From assembly GCA_965153285.1 (NCBI GenBank), contig OZ229111.1: a stretch of DNA of 64,000 nucleotides; one strand, written 5' to 3'. The position numbers and the translations under genes were made by a program. Every line of letters begins with the position of its first letter. The first letter of the stretch is position 1. Of the stretch, positions 10,404 to 23,673 are shown piece by piece. Source of the DNA: Podarcis tiliguerta (taxonomy: Eukaryota). The notes under the pieces were generated by a model, which was not told the DNA's origin, did not search any database, and saw only the letters and a list, made by a program, of their open reading frames with translations.

Positions 10404-11979
10404 GTTTATACACACCAACTTGACTCAAAATCCTGGGGTTTCCTTTGTTGGTGTAACGTTCTAAGCAGAATTGAAGGAGTGTTTCCTCCATTAAGAGAAG
10501 GACAGCTTCGTGCCGTCCGATTAGCAAACCTTGTAACACAATCCTATGCAAATTTACTCAGAGGTCACCCTTGGGTACAAAAGGGGCTTACTCTCTAGCA
10601 ATTGCATTTCGGATTGCTGCCTCTGTATAAATAAATATGGAATGCAGGATATCATCCATATTATTGTTATGGTGATTTATTGTTTTAGGCTTGTTTATTT
10701 GGAAGCGGGAAATGATTGTGTCTGGTACCTATTTGAGTGAAACTGGTTTTTTAAAAAAATGTTTTTCATTTCTTTATTATGGTATTTATATATCACTAGT
10801 TTCTAACAAAAATATTGTGGTTGGTGGTACACACCAAAAAAGTAATATAAAATCATCAAAACATCATAAAATAAAAAGTACAGAACCAACAATGAACTGA
10901 ATAAATTTTCTAAAAATACCTGATGAAACAAAAATGTTTTTAACAGATAAACACCAGAATTTTAGGTGCCTGTCTAATTTAATCGGGAACAGTCTTCTAA
11001 AACTACTGGTGCCACTATGCCTGAAAGCCTTGGTTTAAGGAGCAGCTTAGTTGAGTATTTAGCATGAATTTGTGGCGACCATGAGGGTGTTTTTGTATCC
11101 TTGTATTCAACTGTATTTTAATTGTGTATTGATGTATTTATTGCATTATTACCATCTGCTTTTGATTTATATTAATAGATCACCTGAAGTATTGTTTAAT
11201 TGTTTTTGTATTTATATATAATTTATTTGTAATGTATATATTCAATTGTTTTATAAATGTATTAATTGTATTGTAAAATCACTTTGGGATTCTTCATAGG
11301 AAGCAATTAATAAATGAAAAAATAGCAACAGCATCTGTTTTTAATACACTTTGCTCTCTTTGGGAACCACTTTTAGCTCAACTTTGTTGTTGGAAAATCA
11401 GCTTACAAAAACAAATGTAAAATAAAATACCACAGAGCCTTGCCAGATCAGCATGCATATTTTTCATGTGTGCTTTTAAAGTCCCCCCCCCCCCCCGGGA
11501 ACATTTCCACAGATACTGCAACTGACAAATAATCAGTAAAAATAAAAAATGTATAATGACACAATAAAATACCAGCCTAACAATGAAAACAGAGAACAGC
11601 CATCAAAATAAACTGCCAGGTGCTAAAAATTAGATGGTGCCAAGCACAATTAGGGGGGGGGGGGACCTAATTGTCATCTAAAGGTGACATGATAGAAATG
11701 TTCTTTAGGAAAGACTTTTATAGGAAAGAGGACTGTGACATTCCCTGGAGCTGAGGGCAAGCTGACTTTGGCATAAAACTGAACATTAGTAAACCCATTG
11801 GGCTAGTCATACTCTGGGTAGGTCTACTGGAATTAATGGTCCATTAGTCATGTCTATTCATTTCAATGGGTTTACTCCGAGTACGAATAATGATGACTAC
11901 AGCCCATACAGCTACAAGAGCAGGAAACAATCAAGGAAAGTTTACACAACACTGTCAAGAGGCTTGGCTTCCGACTTAC

Positions 11980-12076
11980 CTTGTACCACACCCCAAGGAT
12001 ATTGCCGAGCCCTCACCATTTTATTTCCAACCTTTACCTCTTCTGTGCTTCCTACAACAGCAAACGGCAGATGAGC
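11980..12076 (-). CDS. SEPTIN8: Septin-8 exon 6 ([33 protein letters not shown])
   Basis: Acceptor cattttag, donor GTAAGT; 97 nt; septin unique element (RQYPWG). Not in the ORF track; read manually. Confidence 0.96.
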
Positions 12077-12613
12077 CTAAAATGACACATAACCATGGAA
12101 TTCAGTGCAAAATATAAAATGTCATTTGCGCCCTCAGCCTCAGTTCAACTCCTCATAGCACAGAATCACATTTCCCACATCTGTGGTATTGACATTTTTG
12201 CTGACAGCAGAACTGCAAAGAAAGAAACTTATTCTGAAAAAACTTCTGCTGTTACACTAAAACAAGACAGGGGGGGGGGGACCTAGCATTTTCAACTATA
12301 AACCAAGAACTGAAGATTTCACACAGACACTTTCTCCACGAACAACCTTTGCCAAAAAGAATGCTTTTGGGTAGATTATATATTCCATATCCCACCTGAC
12401 TCTTCATTGCTCAGGCGTATACTATCACGTTGCTTGCTCAGGGCTTCCATAGATGGGACTCATGGGGTGAATCCTGACCATTAAATAACTGTTAGCAAGC
12501 TACTGCCCAAGCAAGAGGTTTTGCTTCAATGACCGCTTATATCTGAGATATAAGAGTAATCATATTGATCCACCCAACAGGGTCTTTATATGGACACAAC
12601 TCAAAGTCAAAGA

Positions 12614-12677
12614 AAGGAAGGAAGGAAGGAATAAAGGAAGGAAGGAAGGAAGGAAGGAAGGAAGGAAGGAAGGAAGG
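12614..12677. repeat. (GGAA)n microsatellite
   Basis: Read directly; one interruption. Confidence 0.95.
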
Positions 12678-12944
12678 TACTCTGGATGTCTGGTATTCCT
12701 ACTCACTCAGCTTCCACAATCCACAGCTTAATCAGGTATAGGAAGAGGCAACTTGTAGGTCCTGTCACATATACAGTATGTTTAGAGATAGCATTGCAAT
12801 TTCACTCCCCATTCCAAAGTTTGAGTGTGAAAGGGATGTTCCATATTTCTACTCTGGCACTGTCTGCTGTTATGAAGTTGACCATAGTGCAAGCTTAAGC
12901 AAAAGGCATTTTAAAAAGAGTGTCCAGTTCAGGTAACTGGGTTG

Positions 12945-13898
12945 TGTAAGACTATTTGTGTACTGCATTTCAGCATTCTATTTACTGGGAAAGTACTAAG
13001 TAATTTTGGTAATACCCATGAGTATTTATTGTATATGATGATAGCTGTGACAGAAAAGTTTGTTTTTGCTAGGGCTGGTTGGGTCCCCAAGTATTTTCTT
13101 TTTATTTCCCCCATGCCAGAAAAGGATTAATGTATGACAGCCTCTGATTGGCTGAGGTTCAGGGTGGGGAGTTGAAAAGGAGAGGATTTGGAGAAAGGGA
13201 GGAGGTTTTGGAGTAGGTTTGGATTGAGGGTGGGAGGATAGGCAGGAAGAGAGGGAGTGAGAGTTGGTTCTGGGTAGAAGCATCCACTCTGAGGAAAATA
13301 TCACAAGCTAGAGAAAGAAGTCTCTGAGCTTAGTGTGAAGGGCAGTGTGTGGTGTCCTGTAAGAGTAATTAGGCCAGGAATTAACTGGGAGGCTGAGACT
13401 GAGACAGGAAAAGTAGAGGCTGTAAAGAGACAATTTACTTAGGTCTCATTCCAGTCAGGAGGGGAGAGATTCTTCTAGTATGAGAAGACTCCCAAACCAG
13501 TGAAACCTTGGGTCTATTACTTGGAGTACCTCAGGAGTAGGGTTGTCTAAGGGGTGTGTAACTGACATAAAGTACCACCTTGTTAAGAACCAAAGTATTA
13601 AGTGTGAAACAACTGAGAAAACCTTGAAGTGAAATAACATTGTAAACTGAAGTATCCTAAGTTTTATCCACTCGTATAATAAACTTCCTTGTTAAATAAA
13701 ATCATTATTGTTTATTTGAACAAATCCTGCCTGAGACTCCTAATTATTAAGTTTTACCTCATGCAAGTCCCCCACAAGATCATCTGAGGCAGTTTGTGGG
13801 AATTTGTGGAAGTGGTGTTCTGTGAGGTGGGCACATTCTATTTGTAAGTGAGTGCGCCCCAATGGCGCCAGGGGAAAAAGGGCCACAGCGCCGTCGCA
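12945..13898 (+). mobile_element. Possible solo LTR-like element (boundaries uncertain)
   Basis: Compositionally distinct block with ATTGG, a purine-rich segment, two AATAAA (13678, 13695) and a CpG-containing end; no TSD found. Confidence 0.3.
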
Positions 13899-14094
13899 AT
13901 AGCCAACCCAACAAGATCCCACTGCTTCCTTATACAACAAGGAGTGCTCCACCCTTGGCCACTGAGCATGGGAGGAATAGCACCAAAGCACTACTACAAA
14001 CTGAGTTTACCAGTTCACACAAGCTTCAGTTTTGATATGTCACTGCTATCAATACAAAACTATAAAAACTTGTTGCAGTAAGCACATTACTCAC

Positions 14095-14256
14095 ATTCAT
14101 CACAGAGTTAATCTCAGCCACAGCATCATCATCCGTGGGGAACTGATAGATCTGGACTCCATTGCTAACCAGTTCGCTCATGATCTTAATCTTAAACTTG
14201 TGCAACTCGCTCTTGGAAATGGTGTCAGCTTTGGCAATTATAGGGATAATGTTCAC
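14095..14256 (-). CDS. SEPTIN8: Septin-8 exon 5 ([11 protein letters not shown]...EINSVMN)
   Basis: Acceptor tttcttttgcag, donor GTGAGT; 162 nt; G4 motif AKAD. Confidence 0.96.
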
Positions 14257-14720
14257 CTGCAAAAGAAATAAAACCAATGGAAGTATTTCTCCCCCGAAAG
14301 AGTTTTGGAGGCCTGTCATTAATTGCACTGTGTTAGGGATACTAGGCTCCCCCAACTTCATTTGTATAAGCACATTAAATTAGGTCTCCGCTCTTCTTTA
14401 ATATCCCGTTGCCACCAATCCACCCATTTCAAAACCTCCTAGTAGTGTGTATAGTCGAAATTAATTAAGTTAGCCCTGTTCATTAACTTCAATAGGTCTA
14501 CTCTTGAGTAAAAGCTAGCTGAATACAAGCTGTCTGGAGCACCAGCTAAGAGCAGAATGTTGCTTAGCATTGTGAATGCAATTCTGTCACATCAAACAGT
14601 TGAACTAGCAAGTGTTACCGCTCAAGCATGGAGTAGTCACCCTTGGCCACAGTGTATTCTCTTGCATTCGGATAGCCAAGGAAATTTACATTATTCTTCC
14701 AAGTATTATTAATGTACGTA

Positions 14721-14980
14721 CAGTCATACCTCGGGTTACAGACGCTTCAGGTTGCGTTTTTTCGGGTTTCGGACCACCGAAATCCGGAAGTATCGGAAAG
14801 GGTTACTTCCGGGTTTCAGTGGTTGTGCATGAGCAGAAGTGCTAAATCACGCTTTGTGCATGCGCAGAAGCACCAAATTGCAACCTGCATATGCGCAGAT
14901 GCACAGCTGCGGGTTGTGAACGCTGCGGGTTGCAAACGTGCATCCTGCATGGATCATGTTTGCAACCCAAGTGTCCACTG
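14721..14980. mobile_element. Tigger/pogo-like MITE
   Basis: Imperfect TIR CAGTCATACCTCGGGTT / AACCCAAGTGTCCACTG, TA TSD, CpG-rich interior. Confidence 0.8.
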
Positions 14981-17900
14981 TAGTATGATTAGGACCTCTA
15001 AAGTAAAGCAAGAGGAAAAAAAGAACTATTCTGAGTGAAGTCAATGTGACACAATTAAATCTAACCATTGTCAAAAAATTGACTTTCTATCACAAAAATC
15101 TATTTTTTTCTGAGGCCTTGCAGTAAGTCAGCTAGCTTGGAGTTGTAGTCCAAAACATCTGGATGAGCAAGACTGTACCATGGGTATAAAGTAAAGCAGA
15201 GATCTACTTTGATCTGCTCTAATCCTGTCTGATAACAGTAGTTTGCTTTCAAGAGGCAAATGAAGAGAGATTTTGGCTGGGATTCATAACCCCCTCCATA
15301 CAAACAGAAAACACACAATGTGTGTGAATAATACTTCCATTCCATGGCAGCCCCTTGAACCTCTTGGGTGCAACTCTGGGAGCTCCCTGTGTCAGGTAAG
15401 ACTTTACACAGGTTGTAGGTACTGGATGCTACTGTTGGAAAAGAGCATGTTGTGCTTTAGATCTAAGCCTCCCCTTACTTTAATTTCCTGGCAGGCTTTG
15501 TGAACAAATGGAATTTATAAGCAGCTGGCAGCCAATTAAAATGTTGTTATTTCTTAAACCTAATTGCTAAACCATGCATTCACTGATTCCAGCAATTAGC
15601 TTGAAGAAATGCAGAGGTGCTGATTTTTTAAAAAGGTGAATTTATGGGGGGGGGGGAGCATGGATGTGTTCCAAAAAAGAACAGAGAAGCACGCTCTAAA
15701 AAAGCAGCATGAAAAAGCAATCCAGGCAACTTCAGGGAAATTGAGCTTAAAGTTGAATACCTGGTGGCCCACCAACACACAGGTACTTGAGTGACAATGG
15801 CTTTTCCATGTCTGCCTACAAAGTTCCCTGCAAATTCTATTTGCGTTGAATTGGCAGGTGCATGGCTTATTGCTCTTTTGCTGCAACAAAGCACTGTCAG
15901 GGTCATCAAGAAGACACAGTTGTCAGTGCTGGCCTGGATTAAAATAACTGCAGAACTAGTCTGTTCACCCAAAAGAGGCTTTAGGCTTTGCCCCCCTTAA
16001 ACAGCAGCTTCCCTCACTCTGCTTTGGAAAAGAAAGAGTTGTAAAAGCAGTTTGTGATCTAGCTTGAGAGTCAGCCGCTGAAAAGAGTAAAATATGCCAC
16101 TTGGCTGACCAAGCCAATTGTACAAGCCCACTCAGTTCTTTGGAGCCCAGCCACTATCTCCCATCACTATATTGTGAATTATAGAGCAAGCTGGATAACT
16201 TTTCATTATCTTGGGATTTCTCTTAAAATATCCCCACAGGTAATCAATCTGTCCTCCCAAAACTGCATCCAAAACTGCATCTTCTTGACCTTCACTCCCA
16301 ATTCCATTTCCAGAGTTGGAAACAAAGCCAGAATCTCTCTTCTGAATTATCAGGTGAAGCCACCACAAGGAAAGAGCAAGCATGGAACGAGATTAAAGAT
16401 ATGCAACATCAGCATGCTAAAAATCGAAGCCAACATAATAAAACATACATGTATCATAAAAGCCCTTTTAGAAACAGGTGGTTTTCCAAAACAGAGCTGT
16501 ACTTTACTGCACCAAAATGTATGCTGAGTTAAGATAAAGTGGTAAATGAGATAGGGTTGGATACTTTTAACTTGTGAGTGTCGAGATATGAACGGCTAGA
16601 CATGGTGCAATCTCAGCCATCTATTATTTAATGTAGTAATTCAGCTTTGAAGACCATTTTTGGCTGTCTGGAAGTAATCAGATAAAGTAGGCAACAGATC
16701 CTTTGGTTATGACTTCAGCAGCACCCCAGTGCATGATGGGAGAGAGAACTGCGGAGAATGATCCTCCACCCTGGAAAAGCCTGGTGAAGTCATTTGGATG
16801 AACCAGATACATTAATATCACATGAAACCCAGACAGTCTACCCAGTGTCTGACATCACCATGCTGACATTGCAGAGTTGTTGAACAGCTGCCCCCCTCCC
16901 CATCAATGCACAGCCAGTTTCAGATGCCTACATCTTTGCTAAGCAGATGTTTGATCTCAAGCCAATGTAGTATCCAAGCCACATCTGAATCAGGAGCAGC
17001 TCTCGGAAAGGGACAAAGAGCAAGTTGGAAATTGAGAGCATTATTTCTACGTATCCCACAGACCTGGGTTCTTAGGTTCAGACTACACTTAATCATAACA
17101 TTTTCTTTACCAAGGCACTCCATTCTGAAAAATTAGGATACCTCTCTGGCCACCAGAAACATACTGTTTATTATTATATTAATATTTATGCCCCTGTAAA
17201 GAACTTCCTGTGAGCTGTAATGAAAGAGAGCAAAACATGACAAAGTTCTGCAATGGAAGCACACAATCCTAGTTAGCCACTTGTCTTTCTACTTGTTATT
17301 TCTACTATTTTATTGTCAGCCCCATGCTTTGAGATCTTGATATCTTAAATACTCACTTCATATGGCAACAAAGACTAAACTGGAGCTATCAACCAGACCT
17401 TAATGTTTACTTGGGATTGATATTCTCTCTCTCTCTCATTTTTCTATTACATATGCATACTTGAGCATTATACACATATGAATCTGATTAAATATCTATG
17501 CATGCAGGATTAAGGATTCTGCCCGTGTCAGAAGTGGTTGCTGGGGGGTGGGGTGGGGATATAGTATAGCCTCCAAACAGCAACACACAAAAGTAGTGGG
17601 CAAAGCTCAGCATATGCAGCTCAGGATTCAAGCTGATGGAGCCGAAATATATAAGTGACTCATCTCTATTTCTCAGCAGATGGAGTTCCAATTAATCCTT
17701 AGCAAAGTGCATCATTTGGTCGTTTAAAATGTTTTACGTTCTTAAAGTTAAAAAGGTCACCCAATAAAAATGTGAACTTTTTTGTTTTGGACATGAATCC
17801 TTTCACGTGAATGACCTTTGCCCTCTGCCTCAAGCTCTCCTCACAGCATGGACTTCAGAAGACTTGCTTTTTCACTTTGAACATCACACACCTAGTCATC

Positions 17901-18584
17901 AGCTAGGAGGAGAGTTGGCTGGCTGAGCACATGCTGCATGGAAGCAATTATCAGCATTGCTAAGATGGTCTACATCTGGCTACAGCCACAAATGGTTGCT
18001 GCCTTATTGAACTCACCAGAACAATGCATCCCAATGACTACTGCATCAGAACAACTGCCGTTAACACAAACTGATTTACGGCGTTGACCATCTTCTTATA
18101 ACTTCTGTTAAGTTGTTTCCCACACGCAATAGTCAGGTCTGTCTTACTTTAATCAGAACAGTGATACGTAAATTCCATAAGCCTACAGGATTTCCTTCCC
18201 CTAACCTATTTCCCCAATCCATGCATATCTCAGCACTGTTGATGCACTCTGGATTGCTCAAAGAGAGACATTCACAACAACAAATTTTATAACGCTGAAG
18301 TGGCCTAGAATGAGTGTAATGAAGTGGGAAAGATAGTGTCTAAGGCAACTGCTGAGAACAGGGAGTCTTTTACCTCCTTGGCAGAAGAAGTGAATAAACA
18401 TTTATATTTATTGATTTAGACCATTTCTATGCCTCTTAATATTTTAAAACAATCTCTAAGTGGCGTACAGAAAACTAAAGCAAATAAATTAAATTACACA
18501 GTGATTGGTGGTTGAAGGTGCGAACCAAGGCTTGTACTTAATTGAAAGTCAATGCTCGTAGGACGTGTGAGGTAAAGCACATAC

Positions 18585-18771
18585 CTTACTATCCAGCTTT
18601 TTCATGGTTACCAGATCCAAGGACTTCAGCGAGTGACCAGTTGGAGTGATGAAATAAAGGCAGACATGGATTCTTGTATCATGATAATTAAAGAGGGAAC
18701 GCCGGATTTTGAGCTCTTCTTGTAAGTAGTTTTCAAACTGCGTGTCAATGTAATCTACTATCGGCCTGTAA
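18585..18771 (-). CDS. SEPTIN8: Septin-8 exon 4 ([25 protein letters not shown]...KKLDSK)
   Basis: Acceptor cgtttttag, donor GTATGT; 187 nt. Confidence 0.96.
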
Positions 18772-20519
18772 CTAAAAACGAATTCCATTAGCAACCTGAA
18801 TGCTAAAGTTAACAAAGAAAGACTGGGCACTTTCAAGGATGCTGTGAAAGGAATGGCCCAGTCTCCCCCATCTGCCAAGCTTTGATAAGAATTCTGTGCA
18901 AGAGATGTTAAAAACCCTTAGTGCTAACTGATGACAGGTTACCTCATGAGGTAAAGCTAAAATTAGGCAGAAGGTGGTGCACACACAAGAAGTGAAACTG
19001 GAAATAAGGCCAAAAGCACTTCTGGGGAGGAGGGGTGTTATGCTGATGAGCTGAACTTGATAACTTTGTTATAAAGCAGAAGTGATAACATGAAACCACA
19101 GTTACTCACTACACACTTGAGTTATAACCAAGGATGTTCACACTGTTCATATGTCAAGTGAGCATCTAATGGCAGCTCATTTACGGAGTTCACAGAGTTA
19201 GTTGGGTTAGTCACCATCTGTCAGATGAACCAACCGTACAGAGTGGTTGCAAGGCTAAAATACTGTTCCACACTCCCCGGATGAAGGTCAGGATACAAAT
19301 AAAACTAAGAAATACATAATTAAAGTATAATACAATAAATATTTGAGAGGCATTTACTCAATTCATTACCCACCCTTCACCATAAGGTCCCAACTGGTGG
19401 GTATTTATTTATTTTTTGCAACTAGTTTTCCTCATGGCTGAGGAAAACCACAAGCTACCCTGAAAAGTAAAAAATCGGTAAGAGATTTGATCCTTACAAA
19501 CTAAAATGCTGAAGTTTTAAACAAATGTTTTCAGTTACACAGCCTAAAAAGGATTATCGGGGTTTAAAAAAAAAGTGTGGGAGAAGAAAAAGAGCATGGG
19601 AGGGGGGGTCCAAGTCTGCATTACATTATGCATCTTTTACTCAGACATCAACTGTCCTCAGCTACTTGTTTCTAAGAATGGAAGCCAGAGAAGGGTGGGG
19701 GCTTCATGCAAAGTGATAGGGTCACAAAGGAACAGAGAAAGCACTGATTGTTTATCATCTGCCGAAGAAGAGAAGAGCAGCCCTGTTGGAGCAGGTTAAA
19801 AGGTCCGTCTAGTTCAGCATCCTGTTTCCCACAGTGAACAACCAGATGCTTCTGGGAAGCCCACAAGCATGACTGAAAGGCCCTCTCCTGTTGATGCTCA
19901 GTGCCATTATGGACCTAGGATTCCTTCCTCCAAATTGTTATTTCCCTCACGCTGGAGGAGGCACATAAGCCGCCATTTTGCAAATGAGTCAGGGCAAAAG
20001 TTAAGAACCAATTAGCTTACTGTTTAGAGCAATGGGACGATAGACAGAAGCAGTTAATGGAAGGGAGGAACAGCACCTCAAGCATCAACCTAGGTGTAAC
20101 CCACCGAGTTGAGTAATCAATAATCAATACAGCCGGTATGTCCAAAGGCCAGAGGTTTAGGGTCAACATTCAGTACATAATGTCCCACCAAGCCCAACTG
20201 TGAATGGGATAAGCTTAGTAAATCATTGTGTCCTAAGCTGCCCATTGCTAACCTGGTGCCCTTCAGATGTTGTGGGCCGCAACTCCCATTGGCCCCAGCC
20301 AGTAATAGAAGTTGCAGTCCAAAATGACTGTGTTGGCTGAGGTTGATGGGAGTTGTAGTCCAAAACATCTTGAGGGAACCAGGTTGGCGAAGGCCACCCA
20401 AAGCAGCTGATCACATTATGCATGGCCACTCTCATGTGAGGCCCAGCTTATTCCCAAGACATTCCTTTACACGTCGAAGCACTGCAGGCTTTTCTGCACC
20501 AAATCGGAAAGTGACTTGC

Positions 20520-20715
20520 CTTTCATCTTTATTGATCTGATCCCCAAACCCCACAGCATCTACAATGGTTAATTTCAGGTGGACGTTGCTTTCCTGCAGG
20601 TCGTAAGTCCGTGGCCGCAAGCGAACAGCGTGCTCATAGTGACTGGCTTCTTCAGTCTCAAATGTTGTATTGAAGAGAGTGTTCATCAACGTTGACTTCC
20701 CAATACCAGTTTCAC
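20520..20715 (-). CDS. SEPTIN8: Septin-8 exon 3 (P-loop GETGIGKST to [13 protein letters not shown])
   Basis: Acceptor ttctcag; 196 nt; carries the G1 and G3 GTPase motifs; ends AG|GCAAGT (GC donor), phase 2, which matches exon 4. Confidence 0.95.
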
Positions 20716-22736
20716 CTGAGAAATTCCAGAAATAAGGAGATGATTTCAGAACAAATGGATTTCAGGGAGTTCGCAATAAAGACCCTTTGATTTGTCTACA
20801 GCTTTCTCCCCAAAGGCTTCTAACAAACAAAACAAACCTTCAGTATGTGCAACTCCTCAATCTCTGTTAAAACACAGATGGTGTCTCCCACCTCCCACCC
20901 ACTTCCTTTGTTTTAGGAGCAAAAGGCAGTATTAATAGCATGAGGCAATATCCTTTCTATAAACATGCCACTTTCTTTTAAGTTCGATCCTCTGTGCTGC
21001 TAAGCAGCCACGGATTAGCATTGCTTTTCCAGACATAAAACTGAAAAGAGCAGCGAGATGTGAAGACTAATAAGGGAAAGGTTTACAGAATGTCAACACG
21101 ATCTCTCCGCAACCCTATAGGAAACTTCCAATGTTCTAATTATGGGCAAACTCCCCTTGAGAGATCATGAATCAGTGTGGAATAGTGTAATAATTTCAAT
21201 CTAGTCTGGATATTTGACAGATGGCAGAGCACCAGAAACCCCTGGGCTGGTGTATGATGCAAGGACATGTTGCAAGGAGAGCTGGCAGAGTAAATGGGAA
21301 GTGAATCAGGGAATACTTGCTCCTGGCTATGGCTGGCGGCTACCCAAGCTTGTGAAATAGTGGAGCTGTTTTGTCAGAGAGGCACTGAAGTGTGGGTATA
21401 TTTTGAAACATGAGTTAACAGAAAGCTTTTGAGGCTGGCCCAGTCCCATTAGTAACCAAGATTCTATCAAGACATTCCAAGCCACAGAAAGGGTCTTTAT
21501 ACATTTCTTTTGATTTATGGCCTTTAACCTTAATCCTTCCTGCTTGCCCATACTGCTGCCTACGCAACTACAGTATATGCTTAGTCTTCCTGTCAGAATC
21601 AATGTCGATCATCTTTATTTTGTTACATTAATCTGAGGTGAATGGAGAACAGAGAAAGGAATTCAGCATTATTGGGGGTTTCCTTAAAATCAAGGTCAAA
21701 CTCTTCTTTTCTGAAAGCACATATCCAAATGCCATCCAGCTACAGGCTCAGAAAAGCAGGCCTTGGAGGTCTGAACAACCTTTAAAACTACAGGTTGTTC
21801 CAATAATAAGGATAAAAATATCCCAATTCCATCGCGCTGTTTCTTTAAGTCCCACCACAATTACGATCATTTGCTCCCCATTTGTTCTAGTACAGAAAAT
21901 AAATGATGCTTCCCTGGTTAAATAACTTAGCTGGTTAAAAAGATGTGATGTGAAAAACAAGGGAAAGGGGAAACATACCAATGAGTGTGACAAAATCACA
22001 TAGAAGTTTTTGTACACACCTATAGCTCTCAGTAGAGACCTGGAGTATATTAAATTCTCTCCTGAGCTATTTTACTAAGCAGAAACCATGAGCACATAGA
22101 ACAATGTATTTAAAAGTATTTTCCAATACTCGCCAGATTGGACTGGGAAAAATTATAATTAACACAATAAGCATTTTATGGAATTTTTGCTGCAGCTAAA
22201 TCTGCAAAAAGAAAAGCAAGAATTTGGCCTTGTAGGTCGCCTTCTGGAGACCAAAACCTGTTCCCCAGCAATCATATGCATGTTTCAAAAATTAAAACAA
22301 AGATCAAAGGCCCCAATTATCATTGCCAGAAGCAAATTATTCCAATCCGATTCCAATCTAACCACCGTAACTTTAATGCTCCCTGTGAAAGTCATAAGAT
22401 AGGGGAGACAACTCTATCAGACTATGGAGGAGAAGGCAAGTAAGCAAGCAAGCCAGCAGCTTCAGCAACAACATCATATGGTGCAAGCTACCCAATCCTG
22501 TATTCACTGAGTTTTATTCTAACCAATGGTTGAATGTCGTAGGAGCAGGTCCAGCCATTAGAAATGCAAGCTACCTGAAAATCCAGCTTCTTAATGTGAC
22601 TTTTTCACAGTTGTGAAAGCAATGTATAAGTCATGGCCTTCATCAATATCACATGAAACTCAGTCATATAGAAAGCAAGCAAAGCCCTTACCCCACTAAA
22701 AAGAAAAAAAGGGTGAATGGTGTTGAAATCCTATTA

Positions 22737-22978
22737 CAGTGGTACCTCGGGTTAAGAACTTAATTGGTCCTGGAGGTCTGTTCTTAACCTGAAACTGTTC
22801 TTAACCTGAAGCACCACTTTAGCTAATGGGGCCTCCTGCTACCACTGCGCCGCCGCTGCATGATTTCTGTTCTCATTCTGAAGCAAAGTTCTTAACCCGA
22901 GGTAATATTTCTGGGTTAGCGGAGTCTGTAACCTGAAGCATATGTAACCTGAAGCGTATGTAACCCGAGGTACCACTA
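22737..22978. mobile_element. Tigger/pogo-like MITE
   Basis: TIR CAGTGGTACCTCGGGTTA / TAACCCGAGGTACCACT(A), TA TSD; same family as 46721-46946. Confidence 0.88.
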
Positions 22979-23290
22979 TAGTAGTTTTAGCCTTGCCTCA
23001 ACAAAATACATTACATCTCAAATGTGGGAGATTCAGCTCTGCACATCAGCCATGGTATAAGGTGTTGGGACTGCTCTATTAAGGCAATGGGAAATGCCCT
23101 CCTTCAGCCCCTGCCTGCCTGCCTTCTTACGTACGACCAGACCAGGAAGGAGGGTAGCTCAGCCTGTCATTGGCTCTGACTCCACCTACTGCTAGGGCTC
23201 CCTGCTTTCGACCCCACCAGTCCAGTCCCAATGGGCACCTGCCACCATGGGCAGAAGGCTGTGGTTTGAAAACAGTGCCTGAAAAACACA

Positions 23291-23473
23291 AGAAGCTACC
23301 TTACACCAGGTCAAATTCTTTGTCCATCTAGCCTAGGAGAGCTACTGTCAGAGTAGATGAGGCCAGATCTTAGGCTGAGATCTCTCCTGGCCCTTTTAAC
23401 TGGAGACACCAGGGATTGAGCCTGGGACTTTGTGTGCATACAGAGCAGGTGTTCTTCCACTAAGCGACCGGCT
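23291..23473 (-). mobile_element. tRNA-derived SINE, diverged
   Basis: Reverse-complement B-box-like GGGATTGAGCCTGGGAC and SINE-like body. Confidence 0.5.
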
Positions 23474-23558
23474 CTCCCAGGCTTCTAACAAGTTGGTTTC
23501 TTCTACGTGTTGTTTTTGTCCAAGTGCTTTTCTCGTTTGCAGTGCACACTTTACTCAC

Positions 23559-23673
23559 CCACACAGAGGATGTTGAAGCTGAAGCCTTGCGCTACAGATT
23601 TGCTGACAAGCTGATCAGGAAGACTGTCAAATCCAACATGGCCTCCCAGAGCGAGATTCCGTTTCTCTTCATT
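23559..23673 (-). CDS. SEPTIN8: Septin-8 exon 2 ([39 protein letters not shown])
   Basis: Acceptor ttttttctcccccctgcag, donor GTGAGT; 115 nt, phase 0 to 1. Confidence 0.96.

Noticed and set aside
7994-23673. Assignment to SEPTIN6, SEPTIN10 or SEPTIN11
   Set aside because: Diagnostic residues ([35 protein letters not shown]) fit SEPTIN8 as recalled; a phylogeny would settle it.
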